Source: Sedimentisphaerales bacterium
GTDB lineage: Bacteria > Planctomycetota > Phycisphaerae > Sedimentisphaerales > SM23-30
NCBI GenBank assembly: GCA_963663805.2
Contig: CAXXMR010000012.1
Location: 32,001 to 96,000, forward strand
Length of the DNA: 64,000 nucleotides
Direction: 5' to 3'
Numbering within the stretch: the stretch's first letter is position 1; the number at the start of each line of letters is the position of its first letter. The translations under genes were made by a program, and so were the position numbers. Below the pieces are notes generated by a model that saw only the letters and a program-made list of their open reading frames with translations, was not told the DNA's origin and did no database searches. Positions 9,194-18,333 of this stretch are shown one piece after another.

Positions 9194-10196
9194 TAAACCT
9201 GTTATTGGCCTAACCATGGGTGACCCGGCGGGAGTGGGTGCTGAGGTAATTGTCAAGGCGTTGGCTGACCCTCTGCTGCGTGCCAAAGCTCGTTATGTGA
9301 TTTATGGTTTGAATGAGCTGATGGCTTATGCGGCGGATATGGCTGAGGTTGAGGTTTTTTGGTGGCGTGACCAGCATGAGCGTGCGAATCGTGATTATCC
9401 GCAGGCGGTGGTGGTGGCGGATTATGATGAGATAAACTGGCTGAGCCGGCAGAGGCGTGAGCCGAGTCTTTTGGGTGGTGAGGCATCGATGCGTTTTATT
9501 AATGACGCGGTTGACGATGCTTTGGCGGGTAAGATAGACGCTATTGTTACGGCCCCGATATGCAAGGAGTCTTGGCAGATGGCGGATTATAAATTTCCGG
9601 GGCATACAGAGTTTTTGACGAATAAGTGCCGGGTAAAATATTCAGCGATGATGTTCGCGGGCGGACCTTTTCGGGTGGTTTTGGCGACGATACATGAGGG
9701 GCTTTTTGAGTTGCGGCATCGTTTCAAAATAGGGACGGTTTTTACGCCGATTGATTTGGTGAACGATGCTTTAAAAAAATGGTTTGGTATCGAAAGGCCG
9801 AAAATCGCGGTGGCGGCTTTGAATCCACACGCCAGCGAGAACGGTCAGTTCGGCGATGAGGAAAAACGGGTTATCAAGCCGGCAATTCTGATGGCTCAGG
9901 AGGCGGGAATTGACGCGGTTGGGCCCTTTCCGGCGGACACGCTTTTTCATAACGCTTTGGACGGCAGGTATGACGCGATTGTGGCGATGTACCATGACCA
10001 GGGCTTAATACCGGTTAAGACGCTGGCTTTTGATAAGGCGGTTAATGTTACAATCGGGCTGCCGATTATTCGCACGAGCGTTGACCATGGCACGGCGTTT
10101 GACATTGCGGGTAAAAATATCGCCAGTGGGGTGAATATGACCGAGGCGATAAAGCTGGCTTGTCAGATGGCGAAGATAAAGAGAAACAGTAAATAG
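9183..10196 (+). CDS. pdxA: 4-hydroxythreonine-4-phosphate dehydrogenase
   Basis: MGDPAGVG, GHTE, LNPHA, AMYHDQGL and RTSVDHGTAFDIAG. Confidence 0.95.
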   Translation: MDSDKPVIGLTMGDPAGVGAEVIVKALADPLLRAKARYVIYGLNELMAYAADMAEVEVFWWRDQHERANRDYPQAVVVADYDEINWLSRQRREPSLLGGEASMRFINDAVDDALAGKIDAIVTAPICKESWQMADYKFPGHTEFLTNKCRVKYSAMMFAGGPFRVVLATIHEGLFELRHRFKIGTVFTPIDLVNDALKKWFGIERPKIAVAALNPHASENGQFGDEEKRVIKPAILMAQEAGIDAVGPFPADTLFHNALDGRYDAIVAMYHDQGLIPVKTLAFDKAVNVTIGLPIIRTSVDHGTAFDIAGKNIASGVNMTEAIKLACQMAKIKRNSK

Positions 10197-10213
10197 GTTT
10201 CGGAGAGATTTTT

Positions 10214-11080
10214 GTGCCGCATACTAAAGAGCGTCTTCAGGAATTACTGGGGGGGGCGGGTTTGCGTCCGCGTCATAAATGGGGACAGAATTTTCTTATC
10301 GACCTGAATCTGATGCGGCTGCTGGTTGACGCCGCTGGTGTTACTGAGCGTGATGTAGTGCTGGAGGTTGGTTGCGGGACGGGTTCGCTGACGAGTTTGC
10401 TGGCGGAGCGGGCCGGGGCGGTTATCGCGGTGGATATTGACCCGGACTTGTTCGCTATCGCTCAGTCTGAGCTGGCGGAGTTCGATAATGTTTCGTTTGT
10501 CAATCGTGATATTCTGCATAATAAAAACCGGCTGGACGATGAAGTTCTGGCACTATTGAGCGAGGCGCGGGAGCGGTTGGCGGGTGAGTTTTATTTAATC
10601 GCGAATTTGCCATATCAGGCGGCGTCACCGTTGATTGTTAATCTGCTGCTGGATGAGACGATTCGTCCGTCGGGTTTTTATGTAACAATTCAGGCAGAGG
10701 TTGGATTGCGGATGGCGGCGGGGCCGGGCGGTAAAGATTATGGCCTGCTGAGTATTTTGGCTCAGGCGACCGGCAAGGTGGGCATCTTGCGTAAGCTGAA
10801 ACCGCAGGCGTTCTGGCCCATGCCGCAGGTTCATTCGGCGATGGTGGCGTGGCGGCGTGATGACGAGAAAATCGCACAGGTGGGTGATATGAAGGCCTTG
10901 AAGCATACGGTAGATTTGCTGCTGCGGCATCGGCGTAAGAAAATCCGGACCTGTCTGGCTGGTGAGGTTGATAACGCCGCGGTGTTGCTAGAACAGGCGA
11001 AGATTGACCCGGACGCGCGGGGTGAAACTCTTGGTGTTTGGCAGTTTGTCGCGTTGGCGCAGCTTATTTCAGCTCGATGA
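10214..11080 (+). CDS. rsmA: 16S rRNA adenine dimethyltransferase
   Basis: GQNFL, EVGCGTG, ANLPY and FWPMPQVHS; canonical pdxA-rsmA order. Confidence 0.95.
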   Translation: MPHTKERLQELLGGAGLRPRHKWGQNFLIDLNLMRLLVDAAGVTERDVVLEVGCGTGSLTSLLAERAGAVIAVDIDPDLFAIAQSELAEFDNVSFVNRDILHNKNRLDDEVLALLSEARERLAGEFYLIANLPYQAASPLIVNLLLDETIRPSGFYVTIQAEVGLRMAAGPGGKDYGLLSILAQATGKVGILRKLKPQAFWPMPQVHSAMVAWRRDDEKIAQVGDMKALKHTVDLLLRHRRKKIRTCLAGEVDNAAVLLEQAKIDPDARGETLGVWQFVALAQLISAR

Positions 11081-11558
11081 TTTCGTAGCTTAGGTCGGCG
11101 AGGTTGACGATGGCGATATGGGCTTTGCCGGTTAGCCAGGTGGTGGATTCGCCGGGGTTGATAATCAAAGTACCGTGAGCGTGGCGGATGTCCTGTTTGT
11201 GGGTGTGGCCGTAGATGATGAGGTCGTAGGCGGAGCTTTCGGCGAGCTCGTCGATATTGTGCTGGGTGTGGGTCATGTAGATGCGTTTTTCGTTAATGAC
11301 GGTTTTGATACAGAAGTCGTGTATTTCGCCGCCGAAGCCTTGAATCATTTTTTTGAGGCCGATCTTTTCGCCGTCGTTATTGCCGAAAGTCGCGATGAAC
11401 TTGGCATCTTCGGCTTTCTGGAAAGTTTTGGCGGCGAAGGGCGAGCACATATCGCCGGCATGGAAGATGTAGGCAACCTGCTGTTGGTTGAAGATGTCGA
11501 TGGCTTTATCGATATTGGCGGGGTGGTCGTGTGAGTCGGTAATGATTCCTATTTTCAT
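11064..11558 (-). CDS. YfcE/MJ0936-type metallophosphoesterase
   Basis: DSH, HAGD, GNND, GHTH and INPG motifs. Confidence 0.9.
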   Translation of the reverse strand: MKIGIITDSHDHPANIDKAIDIFNQQQVAYIFHAGDMCSPFAAKTFQKAEDAKFIATFGNNDGEKIGLKKMIQGFGGEIHDFCIKTVINEKRIYMTHTQHNIDELAESSAYDLIIYGHTHKQDIRHAHGTLIINPGESTTWLTGKAHIAIVNLADLSYEIIELK

Positions 11559-11583
11559 GGTTTTCTCTCCGATTTAGTTTGTT

Positions 11584-13131
11584 TTAGAGGCTTTCTACTG
11601 CTTTGGGGCTGACGGGTCTGCGGGTTAGGTACCATTCGCGGCCGTCACGTTCGATAAGTTCATCTCCGGCGGCTGGTCCCCATGAACCGGCGGGATAGCT
11701 GGGCAGCGGTTTGGAATTGTTTTGATTGCAGCATTGGAGTACCGGTGCGAAAAATTCCCAGGCGGTTTCAACTTCGTCGCTGCGGGTGAAGAGGGTGGCA
11801 TCTCCCTCGGCGGCTTCGAGTATCAGCCTTTCGTATGCTTCGGGCGGTTTGTCGCCGAAAGCGTCGGCGTAGCCAAAGTTCATTGTCAGTGGTTGGATGT
11901 CGTCAGCAGCGCCGGGGACTTTGACCTGGAACCGCAGGGACATGCCTTCATTGGGCTGGATACGTAAAGTAAGCACGTTAGGCGGCAGGGGCGAAGCAGG
12001 GGCGTCGGGCAGGTTGAACAGGACGTGAGGTACGGATTTGAAATGGATGCCGATTTCGGTAACGCGGGCAGGCAAAGTTTTGCCGGTGCGGAGATAAAAG
12101 GGTACTTCGGACCAGCGCCAGTTGTCTATGAACATTTTAATTGCCGCGAAGGTTTCGGTTTTTGAATCATTGGGTACGTCTTCGAGTTCGAGATAGCCGG
12201 GAACGTGATGGCCTTTGACTTTGCCGGCGGAGTATTGGGCGCGAATGAGGCTGCTGTCGACGGATTCTGGAGTAAGGGGCTGGAGGGATCGCAGTACCTG
12301 GACTTTTTCGTCACGGATGGCATCGGCCTTTAGAGAGTGTGGGGGCTCCATGGCGACGAGGCAGAGCAGGTGCATCATGTGGTTCTGGAGCATATCGCGG
12401 AGTGCGCCTGATTGGTCATAATATGAACCGCGACCGGCGACATCGACCGTTTCGGCGACGGTAATCTGGACATGGTCGATGTATTTATTGTTCCAGATTG
12501 GTTCAAAGATACTGTTGGCGAAACGAAAGACCAGAAGATTCTGTACGGTTTCTTTGCCGAGATAATGGTCGATGCGGAAAATCTGTTCTTCGCGGAATGC
12601 TCGGCGGATGTGCTGATTCAGTTCCTGAGCGGAGGCGAGGTCGCGTCCGAAAGGTTTTTCGATAATGATACGAGCGAAACCGTTTTGCGGGGGTTTGCTA
12701 AGGCCGCTGTCGGCGAGGCCCTGGATTATGGGTACGAAAACACTAGGCGGGGTGGAGAGGTAGAACAGGACATTGGCTGAACCGCTACTGTGGATACGTT
12801 GGGCGAGTTGGGCGAAGTTGTCAGGTGAATCGTATTGGCCGGGGCAATAGCTGATGCAGTCAATAAATTTTTTCCAGGCGGGATTTTCGCTGGAGCAATC
12901 GGGGCAATGTTCGGTCAGCGACTCGGTCAAGCGAGTGCGGAACTGCTGGTCGGTCATTTCGCTGCGGGCATAACCAATCAGACGAAAGCCTGGGGGAAGA
13001 AGGTTCTGTCTAAAGAGGCTAAAAACAGCGGGTATTAGTTTTCGCTGGGTGAGGTCGCCGGAGGCACCGAAAATTACCAGAGTATAATCCGGGGCTGGGT
13101 TATTAACATTACTATGTGATATTTCAGCCAT
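11584..13131 (-). CDS. zwf: Glucose-6-phosphate 1-dehydrogenase
   Basis: GASGDL, EKPFG, RIDHYLGKE and PFYLRTGK. Confidence 0.97.
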   Translation of the reverse strand: MAEISHSNVNNPAPDYTLVIFGASGDLTQRKLIPAVFSLFRQNLLPPGFRLIGYARSEMTDQQFRTRLTESLTEHCPDCSSENPAWKKFIDCISYCPGQYDSPDNFAQLAQRIHSSGSANVLFYLSTPPSVFVPIIQGLADSGLSKPPQNGFARIIIEKPFGRDLASAQELNQHIRRAFREEQIFRIDHYLGKETVQNLLVFRFANSIFEPIWNNKYIDHVQITVAETVDVAGRGSYYDQSGALRDMLQNHMMHLLCLVAMEPPHSLKADAIRDEKVQVLRSLQPLTPESVDSSLIRAQYSAGKVKGHHVPGYLELEDVPNDSKTETFAAIKMFIDNWRWSEVPFYLRTGKTLPARVTEIGIHFKSVPHVLFNLPDAPASPLPPNVLTLRIQPNEGMSLRFQVKVPGAADDIQPLTMNFGYADAFGDKPPEAYERLILEAAEGDATLFTRSDEVETAWEFFAPVLQCCNQNNSKPLPSYPAGSWGPAAGDELIERDGREWYLTRRPVSPKAVESL

Positions 13132-13378
13132 CAAACATTCTCCGCGAGGTAAGGGCCTTTTGATGTTACTTACGGAATCATTTTATACGAGATTCGGGGT
13201 TTAGGCTAGATTTTATGTTTTGGGTCTACATTTAATGTTGAGCATAGCGATTGGTCGGCCCAAAAGATGCGGTCAATGTGCCCATAAATTCTGACATGAG
13301 TTGACATTAGCGAGGATAGGATTTATTATTGAAAAGACTTTTTGTGTTTCGTAGGTTGTTTAGCGAAAGGTAATTATC

Positions 13379-14407
13379 GTGAATAAAAAGTTGGTCGCTG
13401 TGGTTATGGTTTGCCTGTTTGGGATGGTGGTTAATGCTGACACGGTTGTTTTTAAGAATGGTGACAAGCTTAGCGGTAAAATCGTGAGCATAAGCGGGGG
13501 CAAACTGGTAATAAAGACCGAGGTCGCCGGGGAGGTTAAGGTTGATTTTGGGAAAGTGTCGAGTTTTGAAACGGCTGAACCGGGTAAGTTCAATCTGAAT
13601 GATGGGACAACCATCAACAGCACCGCTTCTCAGGGCAGTGCGGGCGAGATTAAGCTTGAAGGCACTGAGATTATGTCGGGCGGTGTGGTTAGTCTGGGTT
13701 CGATTAAATCTTTGAATCCGCCGGTGGTGCCGGAGGTGGTTTGGAAGGGTAATGTTGGTATCGGTCTGAGCAGTACTCATGGTAATACTTTTTCGGAGAG
13801 AGGCAGTGTTTCGGTTAATCTGAATCGGCGTAGTCAAAAGCACCGCAGCAAACTGGGCGGGCTTTATCAGATTGGCCGGAACAAAGATGCCGACGGCAAA
13901 AAAATGACTACCGAGGAGAGCCTTACTCTCGATGCCAAACATGATTATTTTATAAGCGAAAAAGTTTATTCTTATATAAACGGCAGATTCAAGAAGGACC
14001 ATATCGCTGATTTGGATTATCGTATTATCGCGGGGATGGGTTTGGGGTATCAATGGCTGGACCAGGACAATATGCATTTTTCCACAGATGTCGGTTTAGC
14101 GGAGCTTTGTGAGCAGTATACTACCGGGGGCGAAAAAACGCGTGAAAGTGAGCTTTCGCTGGCGCTTGGTTATGACTATGACTGGCAGATAACCGAGAAA
14201 CTGCTGTTTGTCCATAATCTGGATTATTATCCAAGTTTTGATGATTTCGCGGATTATTTCTTGCACATCGATGGCGAACTGAAATATAAAATTTCCGGTT
14301 CGATGTTTACCAGTCTCAAGGCTATTCTCGATTACGATACCAGTCCGGGCGAAAGTGTGGGCAGAACTGACACCAAATATGTTATGAATGTGGGTTGGGA
14401 GTTTTGA
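13379..14407 (+). CDS. DUF481/YdiY-like outer-membrane beta-barrel protein
   Basis: Signal peptide, DTVVFKNGDKLSG N-terminal module, amphipathic strands and terminal GWEF. Confidence 0.8.
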   Translation: MNKKLVAVVMVCLFGMVVNADTVVFKNGDKLSGKIVSISGGKLVIKTEVAGEVKVDFGKVSSFETAEPGKFNLNDGTTINSTASQGSAGEIKLEGTEIMSGGVVSLGSIKSLNPPVVPEVVWKGNVGIGLSSTHGNTFSERGSVSVNLNRRSQKHRSKLGGLYQIGRNKDADGKKMTTEESLTLDAKHDYFISEKVYSYINGRFKKDHIADLDYRIIAGMGLGYQWLDQDNMHFSTDVGLAELCEQYTTGGEKTRESELSLALGYDYDWQITEKLLFVHNLDYYPSFDDFADYFLHIDGELKYKISGSMFTSLKAILDYDTSPGESVGRTDTKYVMNVGWEF

Positions 14408-14460
14408 CCGTAGCGGATTTGGCTTGTGATGTGGTTGTTTACGAAGGTTCCAGGTTAAAA

Positions 14461-17043
14461 ATGGTGTTTAGATTGAGATTTTCGCTGCTGGTTGCTTGTG
14501 CGGGCCTGGCGGCGGGTCTGTTCTTCATACTATTGGCCCTTATACTTGGCGTTGAGCTTCCGTTGTCTGTAATCGCGGCGATTTTGATTGTGATAATAAG
14601 CGGTTCCGGGGCAGCTTTTGTCGCGGCGGGCAAATTCGAGCATCTTCTTCAATCATTTCCCCGGTCTGGCAGTGAATCCCCGGCGGAAGTAAAAATGCCT
14701 GAAGCTTCGAGCAAGAATGAGTCGCCGTCGGATGCCGCAGATGCGGGTTTTTTTTCACTGGAGAGTCGGCAGGATCTGATGAGAGAGTTGTTGGATGCTA
14801 CTTCGGATTTGATCAGTTTTACCGATAGCGAAGGGAAAATTGTTTATATAAACCCGGCTGGCAGAGATATGCTGGGTTTTGGCCGGGAGGATGATTTAGG
14901 CGAGATAGAGATTTCTACTCTTCATCCTGCCTGGGCCTGGGAGATTCTCAGCAAAGAGGGTTTGCGTGAATCTAAAGAGAAAGGAGTCTGGCGGGGTGAA
15001 ACGGCCATTCTACACTCTGACGGCAAAGAGATACCTATATCTCAGGTGGTGATGTGTCATCGTGACGGGAATGGAGAAGTAGAAAAATACTCGACGATTA
15101 TTCGGGATATTTCCGAGCATAAAAAAGCTCAACAGAATATGAGTGAGCGTATCGAATCTTTGACTTTGCCCTTGAATGAAGTTGAGAATCTTCGTTTTGA
15201 GGATTTGTTTGATATGGAGCAAATCCAGAAGATTCAGGATGCTTTTGCTTTGGCGACAGGTGTCGCTTCGATAATCACCGACCCGCAAGGCCGACCTTTG
15301 ACCACTCCGAGTAATTTCTGTCGGCTGTGTAATGATATAATTCGCAAAACGGAAAAGGGGTTGGCAAACTGTATGCACTCGGACGCGATGTTGGGAAAGT
15401 TGAATCCTGATGGTCCGGTGATGAGTTCTTGTCTGAGCGGGGGGCTTTGGGATGGCGGAGCGGGCATTAGTGTTGGCAATCAGCACATAGCCAACTGGCT
15501 AATCGGGCAGGTTCGTAATGAACATCAGAATGACGAGCAGATGATGTGTTATGCCCGCGAGATAGGTGCCGACAAAGAAGAATTCGCTAAAGCTCTAGCT
15601 GAAGTAAATACGATGACCACTGAGCAGTTTGCCAAAGTATGTGACGCTTTGTTTCTGGTGGCGAATCAGCTTTCGGAACTGGCGTATAAGAATGTTCAGC
15701 AGGCCCGGGCGATTAACGATTTGGAAACAGCCGAAGATGCTTTGCGGCTGGATGAAATGCGGCTGGAGGCTTTGGTAAAGTTAGCGGAGATGACGGATGC
15801 TTCGGTGACCGAGCTTTGTGATTTTGCTTTGGAGCAAGCGGTAAACCTGACCAGTAGCGAGGTTGGCTATCTGGCTTTTTTGAGTCCGGACGAAAAGAAT
15901 CTTACTATGCATTCCTGGTCCGGTCAGGTGATGGAACAGTGCAAAGTGGCTGATTATGCCAGGGATTATGTAGTTGAGCATACCGGGCTTTGGTCTGAAG
16001 TGGTTCGCGGCCGTCAGCCGGTGATAAACAATGACTATCAGCCCCGGTACACCGAAGGAAAAGGCTATCCGAAAGGACATATTAGTATTTTCAGGCATAT
16101 GTGTGTGCCGGTTTTTGATGAAAACAAAATAGTCGCTTTGGTTGGTGTAGGCAACAAAGTTGATGATTATGATTTGTCCGATGTGCGTCAACTAACTTTG
16201 CTGATGGATGGGATGTGGCGGATTCTGCATCGCTGGGACGTTAAGGCGGAACGGGAAAAGCTCTTGAAAACGCTGGCGAATAAAAACGAGGAGCTGGAAA
16301 GCATTGTTTATGTGTCCAGTCACGACCTTCGTTCGCCGCTGGTGAATATTCAGGGCTTCAGTCGCGAGCTGGGCCGATGCTGTAAGGAATTTGAAACAAT
16401 AGTCAATTCTGCAAAGGTGTCGGATGAACAGCGAGAGAATCTTAATGTTATTCTTAACGACGAAATCCCAGAGTCACTCAGTTATATTGAGGCAAGTGTT
16501 GCCAAAATGGATATGCTGTTGAGTGGCCTGCTGCATTTGTCGCGGGTGGGTCGTGTGCAACTGGACATAAAATCGTTGGACATGAACCAGATTGTGCAGG
16601 AAGTTACCGACGCGATGCATTTTCAGATTGATGAATGTGGTGCGGAGATTGTCATGGACGAACTAGCTCCGTGTCTAGGGGATTGGGGACAGACCAGCCA
16701 GGTGTTCAGCAACCTCCTGGATAACGCGCTGAAATATCGACACCCAGAGCGTGTACCCTCGGTTGTAATAAGCTCACACTCTGAAAACAGCAAAACTATT
16801 TATTGTGTAGCGGATAATGGGATTGGGATTGAATCCCGTCATCAGGAAAAGATATTCGAGGTGTTTCACCGCCTGAATCCGCGTGGTGACGTTGCCGGCG
16901 AAGGTGTTGGTCTGGCGGTGGTCAAGCGGGTCATAGAAAGACAAAATGGCCGGGTCTGGGTGGAGTCGCAGGCGGGACAGGGAAGTGTTTTTTATATTGA
17001 ACTTCCCAATCAAGACTCCGGCGAAGTATTTGCCAAAACATAA
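14461..17043 (+). CDS. Membrane sensor histidine kinase (PAS-PocR-GAF-HisKA-HATPase)
   Basis: Two N-terminal TM helices, PAS (YINPAG), PocR-like segment (IQDAFALATGVAS...FCRLC...C...GLWD), GAF, SHDLRSPL, NLLDNA, DNGIG and GVGL. Confidence 0.9.
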   Translation: MVFRLRFSLLVACAGLAAGLFFILLALILGVELPLSVIAAILIVIISGSGAAFVAAGKFEHLLQSFPRSGSESPAEVKMPEASSKNESPSDAADAGFFSLESRQDLMRELLDATSDLISFTDSEGKIVYINPAGRDMLGFGREDDLGEIEISTLHPAWAWEILSKEGLRESKEKGVWRGETAILHSDGKEIPISQVVMCHRDGNGEVEKYSTIIRDISEHKKAQQNMSERIESLTLPLNEVENLRFEDLFDMEQIQKIQDAFALATGVASIITDPQGRPLTTPSNFCRLCNDIIRKTEKGLANCMHSDAMLGKLNPDGPVMSSCLSGGLWDGGAGISVGNQHIANWLIGQVRNEHQNDEQMMCYAREIGADKEEFAKALAEVNTMTTEQFAKVCDALFLVANQLSELAYKNVQQARAINDLETAEDALRLDEMRLEALVKLAEMTDASVTELCDFALEQAVNLTSSEVGYLAFLSPDEKNLTMHSWSGQVMEQCKVADYARDYVVEHTGLWSEVVRGRQPVINNDYQPRYTEGKGYPKGHISIFRHMCVPVFDENKIVALVGVGNKVDDYDLSDVRQLTLLMDGMWRILHRWDVKAEREKLLKTLANKNEELESIVYVSSHDLRSPLVNIQGFSRELGRCCKEFETIVNSAKVSDEQRENLNVILNDEIPESLSYIEASVAKMDMLLSGLLHLSRVGRVQLDIKSLDMNQIVQEVTDAMHFQIDECGAEIVMDELAPCLGDWGQTSQVFSNLLDNALKYRHPERVPSVVISSHSENSKTIYCVADNGIGIESRHQEKIFEVFHRLNPRGDVAGEGVGLAVVKRVIERQNGRVWVESQAGQGSVFYIELPNQDSGEVFAKT

Positions 17044-17149
17044 TATCCTCATTCTGCCGTTTTTTTCTTTCCAACAGGCCTTGTTTTCGCCATAATTTTG
17101 CAAGTACAAATTGATTAAACCGGTTTTTATGTCAGAAAAGGATATTGTT

Positions 17150-18190
17150 ATGAATGTCAGCGTTAAACATTTTGGGGAGTATCAGGGGCAGAAGGTGAAA
17201 CTTTATTCACTGGTGAATGATTCGGGAATGCAGGCTGATATTATGACTTATGGGGGCATTTTAGTGAATTTGCTGGTGCCGGACCGGGATGGTAATTGTG
17301 CGGATATTACTCTTGGTTTCAAAACTTTCGATGAGTATTTGCAGGACGGTGTGCCTTATTTTGGCGCTTTGGTAGGTCGGTTGGCCAATCGTCTGGACCA
17401 GGGTAAGTTCCAGCTGGACGGCCAGGCTTATCAGTTGCACACAAATAACGGGGCTCATCATCTGCACGGCGGAAAAGTCGGTTTTGATAAAGTGATTTGG
17501 ATCGCTGAAGCGATTGAACAACCCCAGGCGGTGGGGGTGAGATTGAAATACCACAGTCCGGCAGGTGAGGAAAATTTCCCCGGTAATCTGGACTGTACGG
17601 TGGAATATATTTTGAACGACAAAAATGAACTGTCGATTACCTATCACGCCCAGACCGACGCTGCCACTCCGGTGAATCTGACTCAGCACAGCTATTATAA
17701 TCTGGCCGGCGAAAGCTCTGGAAATATCCTGGGACATGAACTCACTCTAAATGCTGATAATTATACCCCGGTTGACGATACGCTGATTCCTACCGGTCAA
17801 CTGGCAGTGGTTGCTGATACTCCATTGGATTTCCGTAAACCCAAATTGATTGGTGCGGAAATTAGTCAGGTGCCCGGCGGCTATGACCATAATTTTGTGC
17901 TTAACGAAGGTAATGAAGGTTTGAATTTTGCCGCTCGTTTGTGCGAGCCCGCCTCTGGCAGAGTTATGGAAGTATTTACGACCGAGCCGGGGATACAGTT
18001 TTATGCCGGTAATTTTCTGGACGGCACGCTTCTCGGCAAGGGTGGGATTGCCTACCAAAAGCAAGGCGGATTGTGTCTGGAGACCCAGCATTATCCGGAC
18101 TCTCCGAACAAACCACAGTTTCCCTCGGTGATTTTACGCCCCGGCCAAAACTACTATCATCACACAGTTCACCGTTTTTCTCGGGCCTGA
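17150..18190 (+). CDS. galM: Aldose 1-epimerase (galactose mutarotase)
   Basis: GRLANR, LHGG, NLTQHSY, GYDHN and CLETQHYPDSPN. Confidence 0.95.
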   Translation: MNVSVKHFGEYQGQKVKLYSLVNDSGMQADIMTYGGILVNLLVPDRDGNCADITLGFKTFDEYLQDGVPYFGALVGRLANRLDQGKFQLDGQAYQLHTNNGAHHLHGGKVGFDKVIWIAEAIEQPQAVGVRLKYHSPAGEENFPGNLDCTVEYILNDKNELSITYHAQTDAATPVNLTQHSYYNLAGESSGNILGHELTLNADNYTPVDDTLIPTGQLAVVADTPLDFRKPKLIGAEISQVPGGYDHNFVLNEGNEGLNFAARLCEPASGRVMEVFTTEPGIQFYAGNFLDGTLLGKGGIAYQKQGGLCLETQHYPDSPNKPQFPSVILRPGQNYYHHTVHRFSRA

Positions 18191-18333
18191 GAATAACTCT
18201 AAAGCGCTATCTCCTGTAAGTCGATATGCTAATCAGGGACGCTGTGTTAGCGGTGTCCTGATAAGTAAACATAGTGACGCCGTTTATCGGACGAATCAAT
18301 ATTGATTTGCTGATAGGGCAGGGGTTAGGGCCT